From Saccostrea cucullata (lineage: Eukaryota): 64,000 nt of DNA. Below, piece by piece: positions 14,069-26,839 of this stretch (position 1 is the first letter of the stretch; the number at the start of each line of letters is the position of its first letter). Location: NCBI RefSeq assembly GCF_032062105.1, contig NW_026937360.1:682001-746000 (forward strand), written 5' to 3'. The notes below the pieces were generated by a model. That model was not told the DNA's origin, searched no databases, and saw only the letters and a list, made by a program, of their open reading frames with translations. The position numbers were made by a program, and so were the translations under genes.

Positions 14069-14335
14069 GCCCGCTTGGCGCTGTGGTTAGAGCGTTTGGT
14101 CAAGAGTTTTGGTGTAAGGAGTCCTTACGTCTCAGGTTCGAATCCTATATCGGAAAATGGAGTGTAGTCCTTCGGACGATTAACACCTAGAAAGAGATAT
14201 AACCTGATGCAGTACGCGCGGACACGAAAAAGATCCATCAATACTCAATGTATCTGGATGCCAATAAATTTGCAGCACTCTACCAGCATGTAGTTGTGGC
14301 TCAAATTAAAAATTCTCGAAAGGGTCGTGATACAA
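14069..14335 (+). mobile_element. tRNA-derived SINE or tRNA pseudogene
   Basis: Pol III A box TGGCGCTGTGG (14076-86) and B box GGTTCGAATCC (14135-45), with a GTAAGGA/TCCTTAC stem between them. No intact acceptor stem. A GC-richer body follows; the 3' boundary is approximate. Confidence 0.6.
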
Positions 14336-14520
14336 TCAGCAAAATATAAAAGCAGACTTTTTAACAGCTCCCCAGGGCAGCTTACTTGAACAACATATAA
14401 CGTACTCCAAAGGTGACTTAATTACACCGCTTCTAGTATTTAGAACAGTGCAACATTGAGTATAATATGCATCTTTTTAAGAATAAATTGTTGAAGGAGA
14501 AGAAAGAAGCATTTTCTTCT

Positions 14521-14708
14521 TTGTATATGGTATTTACTTTACTAAATATCTTACAAATGCTTTCTGCTTGAAATGTTCCTTGGTCAAAATATAACAAATT
14601 TAAATTATATCATTATTGTATATGGTATTTACTTTACTAAATATCTTACAAATGCTTTCTGCTTGAAATGTTCCTTGGTCAAAATATAATAAATTTAAAT
14701 TATATCAT
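14521..14708. repeat. Local direct duplication, 95-bp period, 2 copies
   Basis: TTGTATATGGTATTTACTTTACTAAATATC...AAATTATATCAT at 14521 and 14616, nearly identical. Confidence 0.9.
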
Positions 14709-16179
14709 CAGCTCATATATTTCTCTTTTTTTATTCTCCTTAATTTGCCTTGTCATACACATTTCTACTGAATATATGCATGTATATATTTATATTTTTC
14801 AATGTTATATTAATAATATTTACTTCTACATGTATGACTTGATCTTGTATCGTGGAAAGGACTTATATAGGCAGTGCCTGCTGTCCAATCCAATTATGTT
14901 TATTCATAATAAAATATTGTTTAAATTAAAAATATATATGTAACAAAAAAATGAAGTCGCCAACTTTATTATATTCATTCATTTCATATGAAAGTTAAAT
15001 TAGCTTCATAAAAACAACAATGTAACAAACAATCGGCTCCATGAAGAGCAGAAAGGGTCCATCTGAAAATTCTTGTCAGAAACTTCTTCACATAGACGAA
15101 AAATAAGCCATCCTTTCATGAGTACAAATAAATAGATAGAGGCTCTGAGAGAATTCTTTCGAAGTCTCCAAAATATATTACACTTTATCGGAACACCTTT
15201 TCTTATTTCTTAAAGAACATATAGATTTGCATTCAAAATACCTTTCAAGTTACAATTTGTATTTTCGACCAGACGATCTTGACAGTCCCTGACTTTAACA
15301 GTGTATCAAAATAAGTTTACTAAAATTCCAAATTTAGAATCTTTTAACCTTGAGGTTCCATGTAGTTTGACAAAGGGGACTGGCCTTGATAATCGTACAT
15401 AGTACATTCAAACAGAAAAGAAAACGTTAGTTGCATTACTTGGATTACATCAGAGAGAACGTGAACGTTTGCCAAAAAAATCATCCATATGTAATTCCAA
15501 ATTCTGGCAAATATGTTTTTTTTTTTTGTGTGGGTGACATATAAGATCATAAGTTCGGAAGATAAAAAAAGGAAATACTGAAGGTCTCATTGAAGCCATC
15601 TAGAGACCATTTCGCCTATTTGTTTTAATCTGACCCTTTTAAAACGGACAAAAAATTGTTCAATGCGATTGTATATGTTACTCCCACAAGTCCTGAAATA
15701 TTGAATACACACTTAAGCATTGAATATTCCCAGACCCCCCCCCCCCCCCCCCTTTGGAATAAGGTATCTATTTTAGGCAAAATTGTAAAACTTAAACCAT
15801 CCAAATCGTAAATACATTTTAAATCTGAACTCATGTATATATTACAAGCAATAAAAATACAAAAAAGAAAAGACGAACACAAAGTGAATTGGAATTGAAA
15901 TTTTGTACAGATGATTCATATATCAGATGATTCGCAAAGGGAAACTGAAGTTGATACCGTGTGATATGCCCTTCAGCATAATGAATTTTATATATACAAT
16001 TGCACCAATGTGTCTTATTAAAGTTAAAAATAATAAAATAACAACATTCCCCTAAAACATTAACAAATTAACCATATTTAACATCTCAAGTAGTCCTTCA
16101 TTCAAAACCAAAACAATGTCTTGGATTACACATTTTGCCATTTATACATCTAATTCATACTATGCATATGAACATTTGT

Positions 16180-16666
16180 TCACTTTTTAGACATTTTACG
16201 ATTTTTATTCCCGGGTTCTTTCGAACTCTGTTTTTCAAGCTTTGGTTTTCCTGTTGTCTTTTTCTTGTCTTTCTCCTTTTCCTTGTCCTTTTCTCTGTCT
16301 TTTTCCTCCTTTTTGTCCTCTTTTTTCTCCAGCTCCTCGGAAGCCTTGCTTTCTCTTTTAAGTTTTGATTTCTTTATCTCTAAGATATCGTGAAGTGTGT
16401 TTCGTTTGGGATCTGCAAGAGCTCCAACATCAAAACTCTTCTTGGAGACAATTTTGGGAAGAAGCACGAACTTAGCGATATTGTAGAAATTAAATGGATT
16501 GTCCTCATCTACGCTGTCCACAGATATTGCATCATCGTCTGCAAATGGAAAATAAATCTTTTAATTCATTGCGCATGCGCGAATTGTTGTTGATGACATT
16601 GATTAGTTAAAAGAAGATTTTTAACTCACCGTGCAGAGAGGTGCTCCAGTTACTATGTGCTGTGAA
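16180..16666 (-). CDS. C2: small Lys/Glu-rich protein related to C1; start codon not located
   Basis: Terminal exon 16538-16180 after acceptor TTTTCCATTTGCAG, reading DDDAISVDSVDEDNPFNF...KKEDKKEEKDREKDKEKEK...MSKK*. A GTGAGT donor follows 16630. No in-frame ATG found upstream; TAG stops lie just above 16666. Confidence 0.5.
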
Positions 16667-18029
16667 CTATTGCTATGACAGCGTGGTCAGAAGATACTGA
16701 CTTCTACAGTTCTAATCAAGTGACGTGAAACTAAATAAGCTATAAGCATGTGGTGTTAATCATCGACACAAACAATCGTGTTAGTTTTTGTGAACAAACT
16801 TTATTGCATTTATCAAAACATAGTTTAAAACAAGTATCACATTTTTTATCACAATTCCTTATATCACAGTAAATTAACTTAATTAATTGACCCGAGAATC
16901 ATTTGATCAAATCATAGTACAAACTCCTCCGACATACAACACAACTCTAAACTAAACGTAGTCTAAATTGTCAAACCCCATACACTCAGTCCTGGGAAAG
17001 CATACACCAACTAAGAGAGTAATGTAATAGCTAGACACTAAAAGAAGGAAAACAACCAAAAACATAATCATAAAACAAAAACAAAACGGATTATATATAC
17101 ACAAACTGATTTGACAGATATGGTCGTTTAAATCGTAATGTCAATAATAGCTTGAATCTTCGTATCTCATTTATTTCGAATCCTCGTAAATGGGACTCTC
17201 TCTTATCGCGGAAGCACAGTTTGCGTAATCAGGACTTGCACAGACGACTCCGTTATAATAGACAGACTCCGCTGAACTGTATAGTTTCTCAAATGAACGA
17301 TATAACTGATCGTATGAATGGTAAAGAAAGCGGTCTTCTGAACGATGGATTTCCCTTAGTCCTACAATACCAAAGTTTGAGACGTATTTTATTAATTTGT
17401 ATTACATTAGATAGGAATGGATCATTTGAGCTATAGTGTGGTATCTTTGGGTCGAAGAAGGTAGAATGGTTTGGAAGGAATCGGCATGACTTTCCTCGTT
17501 GAAAATTATTGGAAACTTTAAGGACAATGTGTTTAAAGGAACACAAAATCAAGGAAATGCTTTTGAAATAGGACAAAGGGGTGTAACTCAATAATAATAA
17601 ATTAAAAGAATATATTAAAATTACATTGTACTCTTTCTTTCTCTTTTTCCTTCTCTCTCTCTCACATGAATACTCACTATTGCATATTTATCTTATTCAT
17701 TAGATAATTCATACATAAAAATGTAGTTATTGCATTGTTACGTACTGTGAATGAGATGATTAAAATGGAAAATGGAATACATACATTTAGGCAATCAGTT
17801 GATGTCTAGTTTTATATATTATACATAGAAAGGCAGTTGATGATTGATCCTCTATAACACTATATATTCACACATGTTAGAAAAAAGTTAGTACAGTGAA
17901 AGGCATGGCACAGTAAGAACACAATATCCACAGAATTAGTATCAATCAATGCAATAAGCTCCAAATATAGTTATTATTTAACATTTTAAAAATATTTAAC
18001 GTATGTAAAGTGTATAAAAGATAAAGACT

Positions 18030-21000
18030 TTATGTTTTACGTTTAACAGTTTCAGGTGGAGGAATATGTCTATCAATTAAAAATGCAGAAACATCACAAG
18101 TGAATAGACTGGCTAGCGAACCTCGTCTTGCAGGTTTACTGGTGTCCTTCTTGTCTGACAACGCATACAGGGGCTCCACCTTTGGAAGGATGTCGAGATT
18201 AGGCTCCACAATTGGCCCAATTCGAAGTGGTCTCTTCGCTTTGAATCCTGGGATTGGATCCAATTTGTTCATTCTGAATACTGTATTAGTCACGTGTTCT
18301 CCCTGCTCTACGCTGCTTTCTGGTGAACTAGGTCGCTGCTTTTTGCATTTATCGAGAGAACAATAGCCTTTCTTTTTCAGAATAATAATCAAGATAATTA
18401 AGGCTATGATAAATAAGGCACCTAATACTATTGTGATGTAGTACACAGCACTTGATCCACCTTCAACTTCATCATCTGAAAGTAAGATCTAAAGCATTAT
18501 AGACATTCTCCTGCTGGAGATGTTCTTTGTTTCTTAAAATAAAAATCTCTAACAATGTTATGGTTTATTATCTTAATGCATTCTTATAAATAATAAAAGC
18601 AGCGCCAATATATGTTGCTTAGTATTATTATACACGTATGATACAAAGAGGAACTATTTTAAGAGTAACAGCACGCAAAGGTAAGGTAAATTACTTACAA
18701 CAAGTCTGAGTAGCTCCTGTAAATGACATTGTCAGACCTGGAGATGAAACTGTGGATGCTGTCTGTGTACTGTCTGAGCAATAGTTTGGGAACATGGAGG
18801 CGGACGCACCACTGATAACCTGCAAAACAGTATACCCATGTATTATCAGAAAAGGAAAGGACTTACTTGCTTTAAATAAGACTATCAAAACGGTAAACCT
18901 ATGTATCAACTGACGAATAAAGAAAAAGAACCTGATTGAAATTAGACTAACTTTTTGTTTTGGTTGTAATTATATGACTCGTGATACGTACTAAACAGGC
19001 AAACTGGTAGTTTACTCCAGACGTGTATGCGTAGGACGTGGTCCCAACAACTGTACTGTCATTGTTCCAGAGCGAGAGGTAGGTGCTTCCTCCGCTACTT
19101 ATACTATGCATGCAGGTCCAGAAACCACCAGCTACAATATGACAATAATTTACTTCTTCAATAATAATTCAAAAATAAAAAGGATCCTTTAACATCCGTT
19201 TCTAATACTACCAAGTTCAATAAATCGACCCAACACACAGATAAAAGAAAGCAAATTTTGTTTTTGAATATATAAAACTGAAAAATTGTGGTTAATATTT
19301 TAGGATAATATATTTTTCTCCATTTTAATATGTATAGAGTAATTTGTATGACGTAAGTAGTAAGATATTGTCTCTCTGGACATATTCGAAATAAATCTAA
19401 TAATATAGACCTTAAAAGATGTAAAATTGATTTTACTTGAAAATTTATGTGTGTTTCCACATCCACCGTCATACGTGAACCTCATCTCTGTCCTGTCGGT
19501 ACAGCCATCCATTGCGTTACTGGAACATGACGTACTTCCGGTAGAGTCGGTTATTGAAACAGAGCTATATGACGCCAATAGATCAGTCGCACACGTAGCC
19601 TCTGAAGCTCCCGTCGTAATTGTACCTAATATAAGAAAGGAACTCTTCTACACTGAAGTTTTAACATAAATCTTATTTTAATGACAATTAGATTCATAAG
19701 TTATTTGCTAGATAATGCTTCTGACAAGTAATATTATTCGACCAAAAACACTTTTGGGACTTTTTGGTTTTATCGTTATCACCAGTTATGACTGTTTGTT
19801 CAATTAATTAATGCATTAAATTCATTATTACTGTGACAGACGCAGTTTATTCTTTTTTATTTACCGTAGTAAAACTAATTTCTATTCTTTATTGCACTTG
19901 CATGATAAAAGTTACATATATCATTCAATTTTCAGGAGTAAATTGATAATTTCTTTAAACATATAATGGAATATTCAAATAACATTCTCTCACCTTTGGA
20001 TCTGCATTTGATTAATTGTGCATGTGCTTTTCGCTCAAAGTGAATGCTGACAAATATCTAGCACATAAAAACAAAATCAAGAGCCGTGAACAAAACAAAA
20101 AGAAAATGATGCGAAAATCTCATTGTTCAGGCTTTATCAAAAAAGTATTACAACATGAAAATGATACGACAAATGCAGTGCATAAAGTGCGCAAATGCCC
20201 ACGTGCAACATTTCAACTATACCAAAAACGTGTTTGGAGATTCAAAATGATAAAATTGAGCTAAAGGTAGGAAAAGAGGCACAAATTGCCAGATAACAGC
20301 AGATTATAAGGGGACAACAATAGATATTTTATATAGAGAAAACAAATTCTTCACAACACAAAAAAATACGCAAAAAACTATGTATATTTGCCGATGTTTA
20401 CCATCTTTGACTAGCATTACAAACGACGACGTGTTGTACGGTTCTGCTATATCACAAGTCTCCGCTAACGTTCCATTTTTAAGAATATCAATAAATCCTT
20501 TAACGTGGTCGTTGTTGGTAGAAGATATTGCTAAATGACAATAAAAATCATTAAACCCTTAAAGATTTATTGTGCCTGAAAAAAAAAATGTTTCAGTATT
20601 CTCCTACAAAGGTTTTTTTTTCTAAGTTCGCTAGACCCATTTAAAAGCGTTTTGATGCCTGAAAGTAACCTCTCAGTATTCTCCTTCAAAAGTTTCGATC
20701 AACGTTAAGTTCTGGAAAATCACGTCTTGGAATACCAATTAAAGGACTCAAAATTTTCTTTGAAACATAGCAATGAAGAAATGCTCGGTATTTATTTTTT
20801 TATCACTTATATAATGTAGGTGTGAGTGAAATTGATATCGCTGATTAAAAACTCATATGACACATACAAGATGATTCAAAGTGTATGAATATTAGTAAAA
20901 ACATTTCATTATCCTTTTTAATACGTGGTAATCATTGTTTAGTGTCATAAACAAACTCTGCATTTGAGGAACGGGACAATATTTATCAAACGGTGTAGTT

Positions 21001-24000
21001 GCGAGATAAAATTAGTTTCAGGTGTAAGGCAAGGGGTTCCATACCGTCCTTGACTAATGTAATAAATTTTCCAGTACTGTAGGGCTCAACTTCATTACAA
21101 GCGCTTGTAAGATCTACCGTCACGGCATCCACACGACCAAATATATTGTCATTATTGGTCAAACTGATGGCTTTTTTGAAAATATTGAATAGTTTAATTG
21201 TGATTATAAACTTAAGATAAAAAGAAATTGAATTTCAACTCTTACATGTGCCAATGTCATGTTTTATTGTAAACTCAAAAAAAGTCATAGAAACTATTAT
21301 CTTGATTTTTTTATACCAACTGAAATATAATCATGCTCATTCATGAACTGTATATGATATTGAGTTTGATTTACTTACTTGTTCCGTGGTAATAGTAATA
21401 CTTTGTACTGGAAACTCTCCATAGTTCTACACACAAATAACCACGAATGTATTGACCAAACACAAGGGCTGTCTCTGTTGCTCTAAAATAAGGATTTTCA
21501 AAATGATATAAGAGAACCTTATCTGCATTTATTCATTTTTTTTTTATTTCTTGAAAATTCACAAACCTTTAACAATTGATGCTTCATACTTCACAGAACA
21601 ACTAATTATCGATTATTTTTAATCCCATTTATTTTCATGTCGAATCATTAAACCTATTAAACTATAGGATGTAAATTTACCCATAGTATTAAATAATGTG
21701 CAAAGTTTTGCTAAATGTGTTTAATATTAGATTGTATAATCTGATATATTAATACCATGGATTTTGTTGAATATTAAATATTTCATGGTCTTTTTTCAAC
21801 TGGCGTTGGAGTTAAGAAATTCAATTTTAACTACCCTACAAAATCCACATTTTAATTATTATGTGCTATCACCAACCTAATCATACAATGATATTGCATG
21901 TATTAGCTCGCAGTAACATTATGTAATCATGGCGCACTTGATATTGAAAAATTCCAACACGTCGGAATCATTAAATGTGTTTTCTTTAAGTGATCTTTCA
22001 TTTTTTGATTCACAGTAAAACATAATATAAAGTATCTTCCTTTATAAAAATGCAAACCTAGTTTTCACAAATACCTTAATAGATATTTTCTGTCACTGTT
22101 TATGTAGCACTCAAAATCTAATGATTGCACGGCGGCTGACATGTAAATGGGATATCCCGTTAAATGGGTAGAATTAAATGACAGTTTTCCTTTATAAGCG
22201 CTGTACCAATCGCCCGTTATCTCTGATGGAAATGTGCAGGCGCTTTCTGAAAAAAAAAGAAATCAAAAAAGTTATTTCAAATCATCATATTTGGATTTTT
22301 TACAACAAAAAAAGTAAATGGTCACCTAACTATAACACTTCGTGATAAACGTAATGACTTCATTTTTTCACTTGTCAACCTCCCTCACTTACATGTATGT
22401 GGTAGTATACACTGATCGCCTCAAATAGGGTACTAGTATATTTTCTCAATTGACAAGATGCGCAAGAGCATGACTCTAAGTACGAACAATTTCATGAACA
22501 AGGTAAGCTTCTGACAATCAATTTGATGAAACAAGAATATCAGCAGTCATCATTTCGCAAATTATTTGGTCGACAATGATTTGTAAGTAAATACAATCTA
22601 CGTGTATATATTAATTAAGTCTACGGAATTTTCCCCTGTTCATGACAAGGAGCACACGGATATTGTGACCAGTCAGCTTGGTTTAAATTAATTACTCCTC
22701 CATGACACCTGATCCAATCCCTGCTGATTTAGAGGTCTGACTTTGCTCAGCTCTTTATTGGCATTGCTTGAATGAAGTTGTGAGCTTGAATACCGTCTGT
22801 AATTTCCATATTTCATGATTAAACTTAAAATAACCCGATTAGGGAATTTTTTCAATCTCTCTTTAGCACTTTTTTAAAATTTGTATTTCCGCTTTTGCAG
22901 AGAGGTATCTTTATTTATTTTTTTTATATTTATTATATATCTATAATGACCCTTGTAGGTCTAAATTACTTGCCACAAAATTTGAGTTTTTCTGCAATCA
23001 AATACTATCAGCTAAACGATTTTATGGAATGCTGCATCCTAGTGTTATATTAAAATAATCCACTGGAATATCTTATCTAAAACATGAAGATGAGAGGCAC
23101 TGTGAATTTCAGTAAATGTTAAAAATTATTCTTATTTAGCTCTTATTAACTTCAGAGGTTATTTAATATGTTGTCATTCTCAAAAGAATTCTTTAATGCA
23201 GTTAGAATTTGCAAGAACACAATGTACCCAAAATGTCAATTGCTCTACTTTTGGAACAAATCTATTTCAATTTACATTGTTCTTTTAAAAATGTCACATC
23301 ATTTCCTTTTTATTTTCCTTTTTATTTTGTTATGAATCTTTAAAATCGCCGGGGTGGTACTATTTAAACTTTATTGCACGTTATAATTAAATCCCTTCAC
23401 CTGACCACCTCCAAAGTTTAATGGGTCAATTTGTGTAAACTACATCTGAAGTATTACTGCATGTCATAATTATAAAATCTGCTAGAAAAGCAATAATAGC
23501 CGTATGGCTTAAATTTTCTTTTCTTTAAAAATTTCATATTCACTTCGAAAACAATGAAATACATTTTCACAGATTATTTTCTTTCTAAATTCCATATTGT
23601 TAACTGCATCTCTTGATTTAAAAAATTTCTTACAATACACATATTTCAGAATATAACCGTTACTGTTTGGTCTTTTCAGTTGTCATGTTGCAAATGTCAC
23701 TAGGTAAATCGAAATTAATCAAAAGTTTTTTGGTGGGGTTTTTTTTTTTTAGAGAAAATGATTTGAAACGTCTACCTACTGAATACAAGGCAATAATGAT
23801 TATGTAACCTCCTTATGGACATTACGAACTCTATTCAATAAACAAAACTCATGGCACCTGATCCTACCTCTGCAATTTGCAGGGACTCGTGTTTTATGCC
23901 CTCTTGATATGTTTGTATTCTTTTAATGTGTTTTATATATTGATCAACTGTTCGTTTTCTTCATCTTTTACATTACTCATACATGTATACTGTTTTCATC

Positions 24001-26839
24001 ATCGGGGAGGGAAAACTGGGGTTCTCAGTTTAAATTTCATAACAGCAGAATTCTTGTATAAGTTGCCAGAAAACCATGCAATTTTCATTACTTTCGCAAG
24101 AAATGGCCCAAAATTTATACTTCAAGGCATGCATACAAAATAAGGCAATAAGCAAGTTTTTTAACTTTTGATATACATATAATTGATTTATATGTATAAA
24201 TAAAGTGTCGTAGTATATTTGGTGTACAAAATATGGCCAATTTTGTCAGAAGTCCTTGGTCATTTAACTCAGAGCTCACGAGCAGATCAAAATTCAATAA
24301 AAAATAAATTACAGTCTTCAAATAAGTGATTCTACTTATTTTCGATAGAGAACTCTTTTCTGCAATTGTGTGTAAAACATTAATATTCAGTCTTAAGATC
24401 AACTCTTAAAGACCAAAGTTTTAAAATGCTAGCTAAGTTAACTTTGTCCTCAAACAAAATGGTTTAAAATTACCTCTCATGACAGAGAATAGAGTTCTGA
24501 TTATTATAGTCCTGGCCCCGGGATCATGAAACATCTTATGCTTAAGTCAAAATTCTCACGCTGTTTTTAAATTTTATAGAGGGCAAACAGATCAAAATTG
24601 AAATGTGTTTCAATTTTGATTCATGAAAGTGCTGTTATTTGCAAATTTAAGATCAATAATTAAGAAACATTTTACAGGTGATTGAAAATGTGACTTAGGT
24701 TTAACATGTCTAAGTCTGTTTCATGATCCTGGGGCCAGGTGCATTTTTCATAGCATTTCGTTTTCATTTTTCAATGACATCATGACGGTTTCGTATGGGA
24801 TTTTAAATTTTATATCGTACATAAGAACTGTGCGTGTGTTTGCCTTGTCCATTTAATCACATTGTTTAATAGTCTACTTTCAAAATCCACTAAGGTGCAT
24901 AATGCATAATGATTATAAAATGACAAATGGATTTAGAAATTGCACAATGAAAAGCTTTGATAAAATGTATGCTTCTTAAACATGCAACCCTGGAGTTCTT
25001 TGTTAAGTTGTAAAGTATGAATACAAACAATTGAAAAGAGGAAATGTGCACTTTATGTATTTTACGACGCAGAATTACGTTTTAATAAAACATAGCATAA
25101 AAAAGTGTCAAGTTTCAACATAATGAGTCTGAAGCTTTTGAAATTTTGTCTTATTTTCACATAAATAGCATTACATCCTAATCCCGTCTACTTACCGAAG
25201 ACAAAAGCTTACATTATTATATATATTTTAAAAATATATAGAAACAGTGCATTTTTTAAAATTCAGCAAAGCTAAAGAGCACTTTAGCATAATGTGAGTA
25301 TTTGCAAACGCTTAATTATTACACTTAACAAATCTATTAAACTTTTCATTTGACATGTCAGTATGCCAGTTTCGTGGTAAACATATCTTAATTTTAGCAT
25401 CGTCATCATGCAAGTCACATACTTGCCTTAAAACAGAACATCTTGTTAATCTATAATGAAGCGTGTCTCTTCCAATTGAAAAATCAAGAGAAAATTTCAA
25501 TAAAAGATAAAGCTGAGGGAAAATCAATGTACGCTTTTTGTACACGTTGGAATTAAATATCCCAGACACCATGGGTTGATCGTTTTTATATTTGCAGCAA
25601 ATAGGATGTAGATTTTCTATAGTTGCTTGAAAACACGAGAATTTCATCAATGTTAAGTTAACGCTTTACAAATTGAACAATCCCCATTTTGTTACTTGGG
25701 TTCATTATGTTTGTTCATTAAATTGAATCAATGATTAAATAAACTTGTTCATTACTCAGATTGACTTTGAGTGGACAGAGATCAGAATTTAATTGTTTTA
25801 TACTCAATCGGTATGCTGAATCGATTTCTGATATTAGCATATGAAATTCCAAGAACCATGTTATCTTTTTGTCTGTATATCCTTTAGAACTTTAATTGAA
25901 AATGAGGGCTAAGGTTTCAAGCAAGTTATTCAATATATAAATAATGCTGTAATACGTTTGATTTCTGTCTTTTAATAAAAATACATAAAAGACAATGACA
26001 AATAATCTATTCCCTTTACTCCATATTTCATAGAAGGAAAACACTATTTCTTTCTTGTTTTTCGTCTTTTATAAAATCATATTTCTAGTGACAATTTGGT
26101 TTTCATTTTGAAATTTATTTTCACTGGCATATTTAAATAAATAATAGAGTAATTGACAATGCATTTCATGCCTTGTCATTTTGATCTTGTCTTTTCATGT
26201 TTTTTATGTGCGACTTTTTCCCAACCATGGGTTTTCGAATTTTAAATGGAAAATGGTTGAATAGAAGATTTTGTCAGAGTCTTAATCTTTGTTCGCCTAA
26301 GCCCTGTTATACTATAAATTATACATAATATTGAAGCTTTTTTTACTCATGTTGTTTTGTTAAGAGCATAATTCACATTTGTTTAGATTAAAGATTAATA
26401 AATTTTTGAGATTAATATCACTTAACAAATAAAAAGATGTTAAGATTTTATGTTAGATATTTAGAGATATGTGTCCCATCAGAGAAAGAGAGAGAATGAT
26501 ATTCCTCCCTAAATCGATGTTTACTACTTGTATGATCTTTCTTAATTTTTTTCCGAGTGCTTTGTAATTCCAATGCAAATGCTTGAAAAGAAATCCCAAT
26601 CATCTTTGTGCTAAACATATGCTGAGTGAGTTTTATCATGCGACTTACTTCATGAATAAATATTTTGTCAAAAACGGTTTTAGTCCTCTTTCCAGCACAT
26701 AAAATATATTTTGATAAAGCATCACATGAGGAAGTTAAAAATAAAATTTTGAATTTGATTTTAAATTGTTAAACGTACCTGATAATCTTACGAAGATGAG
26801 ACAAATTGCAAGTGATGTCCAGGAAAAGCTAGATAACAT
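18030..26839 (-). CDS. Paralog D: Cys-rich type-I membrane protein, ~453 aa
   Basis: Exons 26839-26779, 22246-22075, 21482-21379, 20530-20402, 19625-19437, 19131-18992, 18819-18699, 18475-18030. 1362 nt open. Signal MLSSFSWTSLAICLIFVRLSES, motif CTFPSEITGDW, 12 Cys, TM VYYITIVLGALFIIALIILIIIL then KKK. Exon 1 is the least certain. Confidence 0.87.
22415..22815 (+). mobile_element. Decayed Penelope-like retroelement 3' fragment (RT C-terminal remnant plus tail)
   Basis: The disrupted frame reads SQLTRCARA...EQFHEQGKLLTINLMKQEYQQ...SFRKLFGR, resembling the SQLIRYARACS...FRKFYGR end of Penelope-like RTs. It is followed by the shared CATGACAAGGAGCACACGG...ACACCTGATCC tail. Confidence 0.55.
24511..24739. 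mobile_element. MITE (possibly PIF/Harbinger-like)
   Basis: TIRs CCTGGCCCCGGGATCATGAAACA and TGTTTCATGATCCTGGGGCCAGG, with further inverted similarity (CTTAAGTCA/TGACTTAGG). Confidence 0.75.

Noticed and set aside
14069-14150. Functional tRNA gene
   Set aside because: Acceptor and anticodon stems do not pair; treated as a SINE head.
14990-15420. Possible decayed exons on the - strand between C1 and C2
   Set aside because: All frames checked contain stops, and I could not recognise homology or a consistent splice chain.
16135-16368. Hydrophobic membrane-peptide ORF on the + strand
   Set aside because: It is the antisense shadow of the Lys/Glu-rich C2 exon. The same applies to 10916-11146(-) opposite B and 18100-18366(+) opposite D.
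25196-25290. Alternative signal-peptide exon for paralog D (GTAAGT donor after 25196)
   Set aside because: The phase-1 frame contains a TAA just upstream, and both nearby ATGs hit stops. 26839-26779 fits cleanly instead.
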